This document shows positions 39,101 to 50,920 of a stretch of 64,000 bases of DNA, piece by piece. Position numbers and translations under genes: made by a program. The DNA is from Eledone cirrhosa. Taxonomy: Eukaryota. The stretch spans positions 357,058,001 through 357,122,000 of the forward strand of contig OZ024742.1 of the NCBI GenBank assembly GCA_964016885.1. The letters are read 5' to 3'. The notes beneath the pieces are model-generated. The model was not told the origin of the DNA and searched no databases. It saw only the letters and a program-made list of their open reading frames with translations. Every line of letters begins with the position of its first letter. Positions within the stretch are counted from its first letter, which is position 1.

Positions 39101-41348
39101 TAGAATACTTAGCTGTGTACAGGAACTGGTTTGAAAGAGCGGTTGCCGGTCCGGCAGAAATTAGAAATTGGAATAGATGCTCTGAAATAGCGATATATAT
39201 GTGAATATAGACATAGAATATTCGAAAATATTCTGTATGTTTATAATAAACATTTTGAAGACCTAATCGCTATAGAATAGAATACGTCACGTATTACAAT
39301 TAGATTCTCGATAAAAGCAAGGGAAGTAATCTACGCGTTTCATTCTCGTTAGAAATCATCAGGACTACATATCCAGTGCTTTTATCGAGAATGACACAGC
39401 TAGAGACTTATAGAATACTTAGCTGTGTACAGGAACTGGTTTGAAAGAGCGGTTGCCGGTCCGGCAGAAATTAGAAATTGGAATAGATGCTCTGAAATAG
39501 CGATATATATGTGAATATAGACATAGAATATTCGAAAATATTCTGTATGTTTATAATAAACATTTTGAAGACCTAATCGCTATAGAATAGAATACGTCAC
39601 GTATTACAATTAGATTCTCGATAAAAGCAAGGGAAGTAATCTACGCGTTTCATTCTCGTTAGAAATCATCAGGACTACATATCCAGTGCTTTTATCGAGA
39701 ATGACACAGCTAGAGACTTATAGAATACTTAGCTGTGTACAGGAACTGGTTTGAAAGAGCGGTTGCCGGTCCGGCAGAAATTAGAAATTGGAATAGATGC
39801 TCTGAAATAGCGATATATATGTGAATATAGACATAGAATATTCGAAAATATTCTGTATGTTTATAATAAACATTTTGAAGACCTAATCGCTATAGAATAG
39901 AATACGTCACGTATTACAATTAGATTCTCGATAAAAGCAAGGGAAGTAATCTACGCGTTTCATTCTCGTTAGAAATCATCAGGACTACATATCCAGTGCT
40001 TTTATCGAGAATGACACAGCTAGAGACTTATAGAATACTTAGCTGTGTACAGGAACTGGTTTGAAAGAGCGGTTGCCGGTCCGGCAGAAATTAGAAATTG
40101 GAATAGATGCTCTGAAATAGCGATATATATGTGAATATAGACATAGAATATTCGAAAATATTCTGTATGTTTATAATAAACATTTTGAAGACCTAATCGC
40201 TATAGAATAGAATACGTCACGTATTACAATTAGATTCTCGATAAAAGCAAGGGAAGTAATCTACGCGTTTCATTCTCGTTAGAAATCATCAGGACTACAT
40301 ATCCAGTGCTTTTATCGAGAATGACACAGCTAGAGACTTATAGAATACTTAGCTGTGTACAGGAACTGGTTTGAAAGAGCGGTTGCCGGTCCGGCAGAAA
40401 TTAGAAATTGGAATAGATGCTCTGAAATAGCGATATATATGTGAATATAGACATAGAATATTCGAAAATATTCTGTATGTTTATAATAAACATTTTGAAG
40501 ACCTAATCGCTATAGAATAGAATACGTCACGTATTACAATTAGATTCTCGATAAAAGCAAGGGAAGTAATCTACGCGTTTCATTCTCGTTAGAAATCATC
40601 AGGACTACATATCCAGTGCTTTTATCGAGAATGACACAGCTAGAGACTTATAGAATACTTAGCTGTGTACAGGAACTGGTTTGAAAGAGCGGTTGCCGGT
40701 CCGGCAGAAATTAGAAATTGGAATAGATGCTCTGAAATAGCGATATATATGTGAATATAGACATAGAATATTCGAAAATATTCTGTATGTTTATAATAAA
40801 CATTTTGAAGACCTAATCGCTATAGAATAGAATACGTCACGTATTACAATTAGATTCTCGATAAAAGCAAGGGAAGTAATCTACGCGTTTCATTCTCGTT
40901 AGAAATCATCAGGACTACATATCCAGTGCTTTTATCGAGAATGACACAGCTAGAGACTTATAGAATACTTAGCTGTGTACAGGAACTGGTTTGAAAGAGC
41001 GGTTGCCGGTCCGGCAGAAATTAGAAATTGGAATAGATGCTCTGAAATAGCGATATATATGTGAATATAGACATAGAATATTCGAAAATATTCTGTATGT
41101 TTATAATAAACATTTTGAAGACCTAATCGCTATAGAATAGAATACGTCACGTATTACAATTAGATTCTCGATAAAAGCAAGGGAAGTAATCTACGCGTTT
41201 CATTCTCGTTAGAAATCATCAGGACTACATATCCAGTGCTTTTATCGAGAATGACACAGCTAGAGACTTATAGAATACTTAGCTGTGTACAGGAACTGGT
41301 TTGAAAGAGCGGTTGCCGGTCCGGCAGAAATTAGAAATTGGAATAGAT
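36093..41348 (-). repeat. Tandem array of a 310-bp hammerhead-containing unit (retrozyme-like), about 17 copies
   Basis: GTGAATATAG recurs at 36101, 36411, 36721 ... 41061 (period 310). I saw no differences between units. The last unit is cut at 41348. Confidence 0.95.
36226..36268 (-). ncRNA. Type-I hammerhead ribozyme, first of 17 minus-strand copies (every 310 bp, to 41186-41228)
   Basis: GTAGTC-CTGATGA-T-TTCT-AACG-AGAA-T-GAAA-CGCG-TA^GATTAC. Intact core, stem I GTAGTC/GATTAC, palindromic stem III ACGCGT. Confidence 0.88.
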
Positions 41349-41845
41349 TTCTAACGAGAATGAAACGCGTAGATTACTTCCCTTGCTTTTATCGAGAATC
41401 TAATTGTAATACGTGACGTATTCTATTCTATAGCGATTAGGTCTTCAAAATGTTTATTATAAACATACAGAATATTTTCGAATATTCTATGTCTATATTC
41501 ACATATATATCGCTATTTCAGAGCATCTATTCCAATTTCTAATTTCTGCCGGACCGGCAACCGCTCTTTCAAACCAGTTCCTGTACACAGCTAAGTATTC
41601 TATAAGTCTCTAGCTGTGTCATTCTCGATAAAAGCACTGGATATGTAGTCCTGATGATTTCTAACGAGAATGAAACGCGTAGATTACTTCCCTTGCTTTT
41701 ATCGAGAATCTAATTGTAATACGTGACGTATTCTATTCTATAGCGATTAGGTCTTCAAAATGTTTATTATAAACATACAGAATATTTTCGAATATTCTAT
41801 GTCTATATTCACATATATATCGCTATTTCAGAGCATCTATTCCAA
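41346..41845 (+). repeat. Inverted 1.6 units of the 310-bp repeat
   Basis: Exact reverse complement of the array. It joins through a GAT microhomology at 41346-41348 and ends in (TA)n. Confidence 0.95.
41645..41687 (+). ncRNA. Type-I hammerhead ribozyme (plus-strand copy)
   Basis: GTAGTCCTGATGATTTCTAACGAGAATGAAACGCGTAGATTAC; predicted cleavage between 41681 and 41682. Confidence 0.88.
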
Positions 41846-42051
41846 TATATATATATATATATATATATACAGAGAGAGGGGAGCATGTGGGAGTGAGTCA
41901 GTGTTACAACAAATTAACAAACCATACTTGAGGATACGTGTTTCACCCAAATAATTCTTCAACTGCTCACCAACCTTGGATATAACTTCCCAGCTTTTCA
42001 CTACAATATCTGCATTTAGGTAGATATGAGTGTAACTATAGTTACATATAT

Positions 42052-44135
42052 ACAGTCTCCCCCCACATCGACCCAATAGAGGGACCAGCAGTGTTAGTCC
42101 AGGGTAGTACAATAAGCAAGGCAATCAAAGATATGAAGACGGGTAAGGCGGCTGGTCCTTCGGAAATAGTTGCTGAGATGCTGAAGGCATCTGGTTCGGT
42201 GGGACACACCATGGTCACCCGGATAGTTAACCAAGTCGTACAGAATGGGGTTGTTCCGAAGGACTGGCGTAGCAGCATCATCGTTAACTGCTATAAGGGA
42301 AAAGGAGACGCCCTAGATAGGAGTAACTATAGAGGCATTAAATTAATCGACCAGGTCATGAAGGTCACGGAAAAAGTAATAGCGCAACTAATCAGAGAGA
42401 GAATTGATCTAGATGAAATGCAGTTCGGGTTTGTGTCAGGCAAAAGTACCACAGACGCTCTTTTCATTGTACGACAACTACAGGAGAAGTACCTAGCTAA
42501 AAGTAAACCCCTATACTTAGCTTTCGTCGACTTGGAGAAAGCCTTCGACAGAGTCCCCCGTTCCATTATCTGGTGGTCTCTTAGAAAACTAGGTGTTGAC
42601 GAATGGCTTGTGAGAGCTATACAAGCCATGTATAAAGAAACAGTCAGTAAGGTTAGAATTAACAACGAATATAGTGAAGAGTTTAGCGTAAAAGTTGGTG
42701 TCCATCAGGGCTCTGTTCTTAGCGCCCTACTATTTATTATTGCCCTTCAGGCTATAACAGAGGAGTTCAAGACCGGCTGCCCATGGGAACTCCTATACGC
42801 AGATGATCTAACGCTCATAGCTGAATCAATGACCGAACTAGAGAAGAAATTCCAAACATGGAAGCACGGCCTAGAATCAAAAGGCCTTAAAATTAACCTG
42901 GCTAAGACTAAAGTTCTAGTTTGTAGGAAAGAAAATAAGGCGGCAGTCCCATCTGGGAAATGGCCATGCTCAGTGTGTAGGAAAGGCGTAGGTAGAAACT
43001 CCATTTTATGTCCCAAATGCAAAGTATGGGTGCATAAAAGATGTAGTGGGATCACAGGTAAGCTAACTAAGAACATAGATTTTACATGTGGCCGGTGCTC
43101 TGGTGCAATAAGTAGCAGCAAGTGCCCACAAAATACTAGCTCCTTCAACTGCACAGAGGGTTCTATAGAAATAGTGGACAGCTTCCGTTACCTGGGTGAC
43201 AAAATCAGCAGTGGGGGAGGGTGCTCTGAAAGTACAGTAGCTAGAGTCAGAACTGGATGGAAAAAGTTCAGAGAGCTTATACCACTATTAGCCGCTAGAG
43301 GGTTCTCCCTAAAAATGAAAGGCAGGTTATACGATGCCTGCATACGAACAGCAATGCTGCATGGTAGTGAGACCTGGGCATTGTGTGCAGAGGATATACG
43401 CAGACTAAAGAGGAACGAAGCTTGCATGCTCCGCTGGATGTGCAATAGTAATATACGTGAACGGCAAAGCATAAATGAACTAAGGAAAAAATTAGAAATA
43501 AGAGGGATCAGATGTTGTTTACTCGAGAGAAGGCTACGTTGGTACGGTCACGTGATGCGCATGAAAGACGACAGCTGTATAACAAAGTGCAGGGCAATAA
43601 AGATAGACGGTAGCCACGGAGTAGGCAGACCCAGAAAAACATGGGACGAGCTGATAAATTCCGACCTCACACGCTTACACCTCTCCAAGACAATGTCACT
43701 GGACCGAGACCTTTGGCGGTACTCAGTAATAGAGAAGACCCGCCTTACCTAAATACAAAGTTAAAACCTACTACAGTCAGTAGGCATCTCTATCAAAACA
43801 CCTCCCCGTCCCACCACCCCCACCCCATCCATACCGCCCCTTTCAATGTAAAGTTATGTTGGTCCCACAACATCCAGGCCGAAACAAATGAGATCGTGTA
43901 GGTGTCACGACAAAAAAACACACAGTCCACGCTGTAAATATGGCCGTGTAGGCAACACGGTAAAAACCTCCCAGCCCCTCACTGTAAATGTGGTTGGTGT
44001 TAGGAAGGGCATCCAACTGTAGAAAACCCGCCAGACAGTCCTATGCAAGCAAGACAACCACTCTTGCCTCAAGTGGGAAAACCCCTGTCCAAACCCATGC
44101 AAGCGTGGAACACGGACGCTAAACCTGATGATGAT
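42052..44135 (+). mobile_element. 5'-truncated young RTE LINE
   Basis: Colinear with 28116-30204 and ends in GATGATGAT. Confidence 0.95.
42091..43752 (+). CDS. RTE reverse transcriptase, open frame of 553 aa, lacking the endonuclease, with an internal Cys-rich PHD-like finger
   Basis: NYRGIKL, QFGF, FVDLEKAFDRV, GVHQGSVLS, LLYADDL, FRYLG and RLRWYGHV motifs. It has no native start, so it is probably not expressed as such. Confidence 0.85.
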   Translation: MLVQGSTISKAIKDMKTGKAAGPSEIVAEMLKASGSVGHTMVTRIVNQVVQNGVVPKDWRSSIIVNCYKGKGDALDRSNYRGIKLIDQVMKVTEKVIAQLIRERIDLDEMQFGFVSGKSTTDALFIVRQLQEKYLAKSKPLYLAFVDLEKAFDRVPRSIIWWSLRKLGVDEWLVRAIQAMYKETVSKVRINNEYSEEFSVKVGVHQGSVLSALLFIIALQAITEEFKTGCPWELLYADDLTLIAESMTELEKKFQTWKHGLESKGLKINLAKTKVLVCRKENKAAVPSGKWPCSVCRKGVGRNSILCPKCKVWVHKRCSGITGKLTKNIDFTCGRCSGAISSSKCPQNTSSFNCTEGSIEIVDSFRYLGDKISSGGGCSESTVARVRTGWKKFRELIPLLAARGFSLKMKGRLYDACIRTAMLHGSETWALCAEDIRRLKRNEACMLRWMCNSNIRERQSINELRKKLEIRGIRCCLLERRLRWYGHVMRMKDDSCITKCRAIKIDGSHGVGRPRKTWDELINSDLTRLHLSKTMSLDRDLWRYSVIEKTRLT

Positions 44136-44388
44136 ACTCACACATGCACACAAACATGCACACACATATATATATTTGTATTTACTAGTGTAAGTAGAGG
44201 ATCTACTACAGGCTCAGCTGTTTCAACTAGAAGTTATAGACCCAACTGCAATGTCTAACAGCTTGTATGTAGCAAGCCTTTTCCTTTATACCTACTCTGT
44301 TTCTTCTCATGCATAGAGTACAACTTTGATCTGTGGTCTTCACAGTCTCAACACCACAGACATTCAATATGTATAATATACATACATA

Positions 44389-45202
44389 TACGGGATGGAA
44401 GAAGTTCAGGGAGCTACTGCCACTGCTAGCTGCAAAAGGCTTTTCCCTCAAAATGAAAGGCAGACTGTATGATGCGTGTATATGAACAGCAATGTTACAT
44501 GGTAGAGAGACCTGGGTGCTGAAGGTGGACGACTTACGTAGATTAGAAAGAAATGAAGCCTGTATGCTCCGATGGATGTATATTAGTAATTTACGCGAAC
44601 GGCAAAGCATAAACGAATTGAGAGAGAGACTGTGCATAAGAGGAATCAAATGTTGTGTGCAGGAGAGGCGGTTGCATTGGTATGGACATGTGATGCGCAT
44701 GAAGGATGACAGCTGCATAAAAAGGTGCAGAGCACTAGAAGTCAATGGAAACCGCGGAGTGGGGAGACCCAAGAAGACCTGAGATGAGATGATAAAAGCC
44801 GACCTTACCCAATTACACCTCTCAAAGGTGATGACCGTGACCTCTGGTGTCACGCAGTAATACAGAAGACCCGACCCTCCATGGGTACAAGCCAAAGCTG
44901 AAGCATATAGACAATATGCCCACACACCCTCCCACTGTAAAGTGGTTGTGGAAGTGCCACAGCAAAAAAGCACCCAGCCCACACTGTAAAGTGGACGTGT
45001 AGGCACCACGTAAAAAAAGCACCCAGCACTCACTGTAAATGAGGTTGGTGTTAGGAAGGGCTTCCAGCTGTAGAAATCAAGCCAGAATCAGTTCCCGTAT
45101 GAGCAAGGCATGGTCAGCTGACCAGACACTGCCCACAACAGGACAACCTGTCTAACCCATGTTAGCGTGGAAGAACGGATGTAAAACGGTGATGATGATG
45201 AT
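44389..45202 (+). mobile_element. RTE 3' fragment (defective subfamily)
   Basis: Near-identical to 61417-62220. Confidence 0.92.
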
Positions 45203-45210
45203 ATATATAA

Positions 45211-45257
<47 letters not shown>

Positions 45258-45849
45258 GAGAGAGAGAGTGCATATACATGTTTCATCTGCTTTGTATGGT
45301 AAAAAAGAAAATGACATTCAAAATTTGGCACTATTATTGTCTGCCAAAGGGAAGTAAACAAGTGTTTGAAAAACTTGGAACTTTATAAAACATGAAATAG
45401 TAGAAACTCATTATATAATGGAGTTGAGAAACAAAAATCTATACTGTGAAGGATATTTTAAAACATTTGGGATATCAAAATATATAAATTTTATAATATT
45501 CTACACTGATGGGAATTTACAAAACTGTGCCATCTAAACATATTGTGTTGATTCGCTGTTTTGGCTTATACAAGGAGGTTGGATTTTTTCCCATTGCTCG
45601 GATATGAAATAAGAGAGTCGGCATATATTTGGATTGACTTATTTATGTGTATATAAGTTAAATAATCATCATTTAACATTCAGGGCTTGAAAGGGACATC
45701 AAAGGCCAGACAAATACTCCAGTGGAGCTACTGGTTTCTTAGATGGGTCAGAGGCCCAAATCCCATTTAGATGTTTCCATGCTTTACTGAGTGCAGTTTA
45801 TCATAGCACCAGCAATAGAGAGGTTGTCATGTTTTTAATGCAGCTATTC

Positions 45850-46386
45850 AGTCCCCCTGTCCTATAGTTACAAATCCAAAATATATGATGTTTGTGGTGT
45901 TGGTCAGCAGACAGCTTTATTAGATTGTTCAAGTCTCTGGTCATATGTTTAAATAAACATATGGTGTTAAATCACTTAACCTCTAGCTCTACAAAATAGT
46001 TCAGCCATGCGGGCATAATCACTGCCTCCATTTAACACACGTGGACATGCCAACAACGTCAGAAAACAGCACAGCTCCCATGACTTTCAGAAACATTTTT
46101 TCACGCTCAGAGTTGCTGAAGCCTGGAACAAACTACTTGCATCAGTTGTTAGCTGTCGAGACACTGCATCCTTTAAAACCTCCATGCTTCCTGAGATTCG
46201 CCTACACTACACCTAATATTCCCCCCTCCATACACACACACACACATGTATTTCATGACTTGTACACTGTTCATTTTCCTGACATTTGTACATTATTCTA
46301 TGTACTATACATGCACCTTTGATGAGTTGTAGTGCACCTGAGCACTGTATACAATAATTACATTATTATTATTATTATTATTATTA
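45850..46386 (+). mobile_element. CR1-clade LINE 3' end with (ATT)n tail
   Basis: TRGHANNVRKQHSSHDFQKHFFTLRVAEAWNKL..SVV...ASFK. Its terminal sequence recurs at 56072-56130. Confidence 0.75.
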
Positions 46387-46894
46387 TCTCTCTTGCTCTC
46401 CCCATCTCTCACTATTACAAGCAAATGGGGTCCATGTGCTGGCTGCCCTGCAGCCCAGGTAGACAGAAATATATTGTAAAAGAGATTTAATAACAGAAGG
46501 AACGTATAAATACTCTAGCTACAGTTTAAAGTTATAAATTTAATGCCACTGGAGTTTCAATCCCACTGTGGTTAACTTTGCATTTAATCCTTTCAAAGTT
46601 GATGAAATAAAATACCAGCTCAGGGAAGTGGATTGGCAGAATGTATAGAATGTTGGATAAGATGCTTTGTAGTATTTGTTCTGGCTCTTTCTGAGTTCAA
46701 ACCCTTCTGTGACTTATTTGGGTGGTAGACTCTAACAATACTTTAGTTTAACTCCACAACCTGGCATTTGGGTACATTTAGTAAAGTACACTTAAATCAG
46801 GTTCTCAGTTTGAGAATATCTCCCACCCTGGGGATACCTTCCACCCAGATACATTGAACTGGATCATGCAAATTACATTTCCCACCTTAACTAA

Positions 46895-47080
46895 ATAATT
46901 GTTTCTACTTTTGGCACAAGGCCAGCGATTACCCCAGTGCATCACTGGTACTTTATTTTATCAACCTCTTAAGGATGAAAGGCAAATTTAACTTTGGCAG
47001 ATTTGAACTCAGAACGCAAAGGGCCATAACTATGCTGCAAAGCATAGTGTCTGACGCTTACCGATACTGCCAAACCACCT
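46895..47080 (-). mobile_element. SINE copy with probable target-site duplication
   Basis: SINE consensus match. CCACCTTAACTAAATAATT occurs at both sides (about 46882 and 47075). Confidence 0.8.
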
Positions 47081-47695
47081 TAACTAAATAATTTTAAAAA
47101 GATCTATCTAAGATTATAAAGCAAAATTATTTCTTTTCAGAGGGTACCAAGTAAAATGAATCTTTCAGACATTATCAGTGGAAACATTGTTATTTTCCAT
47201 GTGTTGAAAAATTAGATAAACTGTCCTACAGCTTTTTCATAAACTACGACAACAAAAACATGAATAATTTCATAAACAGTATCTTAAATTTTCCTCATTT
47301 CATTAGAAATACCTCAAACCAAACAGTTTTAACTCAAAATTGCTTTCATTGTGTTACATTTTTATATATAAAATAGATTTTACTTTCTTTTAAATATATA
47401 TTGATATGAACAAAATTTCATTTTGAACTAAATATTATTGTTCTGTGATATTTTTGTTTTTTATCTTACTCGGTTTGGAACGAAGCATTTTACTTTCAAT
47501 TGAAGTAATGAAAAATAAATACTTATTTTCCATTAATATAATCTATAACAAAATATCTACAGGATGTTAGAAATCAAAGAATATAAATTCACCTGTCAGG
47601 CACACATTCATTTATACATTCTAATAATTACAACTATTGATAGAGGTAACACGAAATATCTTTTGTTTCATGTACACTTGCTTCAACTTTGTCAT

Positions 47696-47780
47696 AGTGA
47701 GAGATAGAGAGAAAGAAGTTGAAGGCATGAGTGAGAGATAGAGAGAAAGAAGTTGAAGGCATGAGTGAGAGATAGAGAAA
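47696..47780 (+). repeat. 34-bp tandem repeat, about 2.5 copies
   Basis: AGTGAGAGATAGAGAGAAAGAAGTTGAAGGCATG repeated. Confidence 0.9.
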
Positions 47781-49035
47781 GAGTAGGAAGCACGGCAGAA
47801 AAAGAACGAAGAAAGATATGAATTTTAAATATTAATTCTTAATGTGATGGTCATAGGATGGGCATCCAGCTGTAGAAATCATGCAAAAAAGGGGCTGAAA
47901 AGACTCTTCAGTTTCAGTTATGTTAAAATAACTACAAGCTCTGTAATATCTGTGGAAGGATATACAAACCCAGTGAACTTTATCCACCAGTAGACAACTT
48001 TCCAAAGGAAGGGTTGGAGGACTCTTCAGTGTTTTTCAAGGATATATCAACCTCCCTAATAATGATACCATGTTAAATTTTTCCCAGAGAACTCTCTAGA
48101 AAATGAAAACTCATGTGACATGTGTCCATTCCTCGCCAACTTCTGCCCATCTGAGAGATTAGTAGTGCAGTTTAATTATTGACTGATGTGGTGACAACTC
48201 TTCTAACACTTTGTAGCAGGGAAATCACACACACACACATACACACAACCACCACCATCACCATCATCATCACCATTATTATTATTATTATTTTATGTCC
48301 GCTTTTCCCTGCTTGCAAGGGTTGGACGGGTTCTATTCAGCACAGCATCTCTCCACTTGTCACGGTCCTTCGTCATCTCCTCCGTAACTTAAACTAACTA
48401 ATATTGTCTTTACAGGTTCAAAACTAGGTTTTACTATATATGTGTATTAATATAAGCAAGTATTGCACCAATAAAAATATAAACATCGGCGAGAAAGGAG
48501 ATTAGGAATGTATTTGCTTTAATAAATGTTTCTGTGTCTATTATAATTGACTACATATGCTTTCTTGTTCAAGCATTAAGTCCTGATATACATAAACAAA
48601 ACCTTATCTACCTTCACATATGTATATATAGATATATCTATATATTCATATATACAAATGGAAGTTTATTAAAATTGAAGTTTTGGCTGTGGCCAAGCTA
48701 ACGGTATGCAATTAGGAATGTGCAGCAAAGCACTCGATAAGGTTGTGTCACCTTAGAGTAATAACATATGTTAGATAGCTTGACAAATTGAAAACTGCAA
48801 CCAGTGAAGCCTGCCACATGAAACCAAAGCAACAAAAACACCAATCAGCTATATATATAATCATATATATAGTAAAACCCAGAATTAAAGGAATATCTTG
48901 ATGGTCTGAAAAACTTAATTCAAATAGTTCTATAGAAGATAAATATCTTCAGTGAGAAGCTAAAAATTCTTGTGTTTCAGATACTTGTCCTTCTTTGAAG
49001 AGAGAAAATATACGTACCATATTTTTATCAGTGAC

Positions 49036-49264
49036 TTAACACTTTAGCATTTAAACTGGCCATATCCGGCCAGAATTTTCTCACCTCTCTCTGTTCAAAC
49101 CAGCCATAATCAGCTGCTCATACTAATATTAAGGTATTGTTCTCAAAATAAGTAACATCAAAATCTCATAGATTCAATATTATGTGAGATAATTATGTGA
49201 GGTAAAGCCTTTACTATGAAAATACAATAGGAAATATAGAGAAATGTGAATGCTTAAGGGTTAA
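49036..49264 (+). mobile_element. piggyBac-like MITE
   Basis: TTAA-CACTTTAGCATT ... AATGCTTAAGGG-TTAA. Confidence 0.7.
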
Positions 49265-49611
49265 GCTTCCAAAATATTGGATTTTCTCACACTTTACTTG
49301 CTGCAGAATTATTTATAAAATACACACACGCACACACACATACCTACATATATATATATATATAAAATTCAATCTATGAAAACAACTTAGATAATATATG
49401 GACTCAAAAACTCAGGCTGAAAATTTGCCTTTTAGAATTTCCAAAAAAAATAATGGCAAAGCAGACATATATGAAAAGTGATTAAATTCTACTCCAATCA
49501 TCCTCTTAAAAAAACTCCAAATAAAACCCATCCCAAATGAACCAGAAAACCAACAAAGACTTGGAAAAAGATGGCCTTAAAAAAATTTCAATGGAGATAG
49601 GAGTATTATGG

Positions 49612-49840
49612 TTAACCCTTTAACATTAAAATTACTCTATATTTACTATTGTATTTTCATTGTAAAGGCTTTATCTTATATAATTATCACACATGGTATC
49701 AAATCTACAAGATTTTGATATTATTTATTTTGAGAAAAATACTTTAACATAAGTGTGAACGACCAGTTACAGCCAGTTTGAACAGAAGGAGGTGAGAGAA
49801 TTCTGGCCGGATATGGCCAGTTTAAATGCTAAAGGGTTAA
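49612..49840 (-). mobile_element. piggyBac-like MITE, opposite orientation
   Basis: TTAA-CCCTTTAACATT ... AATGCTAAAGGG-TTAA. Confidence 0.75.
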
Positions 49841-50344
49841 GTAAATAAATATTTTAAAAAGACTCCCGTTGCATTTTCAAATTCTTTTGCTTATATATAT
49901 ATATATAACCCAGAAACAAAGCAAAATGAAAAACAATTATTTAGGGGAAACCTTAAATAACTATTTTTTCAAAATAAAAATACAAGCAACAGACACAGAA
50001 CTCCATGGTCATCAGCCCTTGAGATGGACTTGTGCAATTTCGACCCCTACCAACGGTACTGCTGGTCCACCCAGGGTCACACCGTTTGACATAAGCCAAA
50101 TGCTATCCAGTGGAGTAAAAGACAAGAGACAAAAGATTCATTTATAGCAATTAAGCTACAAAACACAGAGAATCTTGTGTGACGTCATGGAAAATGTGTG
50201 GTGCCTCACATAGCACGAGAGACATGAATGAAACAACTAAAATAAAGGGTTAAAAAAGCAAGAAGAAAGTAAGATATTGTATTAAAAAATATGAATATAT
50301 ATATTAGAAAAGGGAAGTAAGGTTCTATACAAAATAGTGGATAT

Positions 50345-50827
50345 AGAGAAAAAATGAAATTGGAAATAGCACGGAAAATATATTTTAGGGTCTATTTTTC
50401 TTTTTTTTTTCCTTTCTTTGATTCGTCAAAGTGACATTATGGAAAAGATGACATTATTGAAAAAATGAGAGGGACAATTCTTTTAAAAACAGTTTTAAGA
50501 TGTATATAAAGTGTTACCGGTTGCGATGTATTATTAAAATTAATCTTATCAAATGTTGAGTATTAAAATTAAAAAGAATTAATAGGAATTAAAACTAAAT
50601 TCTTTTTAATTGTAATACTCAACATTTGATAAGATGAATTTTAATAATACATCGAAATCGGTTATACTTTATATACTTTATATACTTTATATACATTATA
50701 AAACTTTTTTTAAAAGAATTGTCTCTCTCATCTTTTCAATAAATAATGTCACTTTGACGAATCAAATAAGGAAAAAAAGAATAACAGACCCTTAAATATA
50801 TTTTCCGTGCAATTTCCAACTTCACCT

Positions 50828-50830
<3 letters not shown>
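50345..50830. mobile_element. Fold-back family B element
   Basis: Arms at about 50345-50580 and 50597-50830. Hammerhead-like text TTGATAA-GATG..CATC-GAAA-TCGG-TT at about 50626-50663. Confidence 0.65.

Positions 50831-50916
<86 letters not shown>

Positions 50917-50920
<4 letters not shown>

Noticed and set aside
36093-41348. CRISPR array, 5S/snRNA/SL-RNA gene cluster or centromeric satellite
   Set aside because: There are no variable spacers and no recognisable 5S, U-snRNA or tRNA sequence. The hammerhead, fold-back end and (TA)n target fit a retrozyme better.
49995-50090. Minus-strand permuted hammerhead (GGTCGAAATTGCACAAGTC...CTGATGA)
   Set aside because: Stem I is not convincing and stem III needs a bulge.
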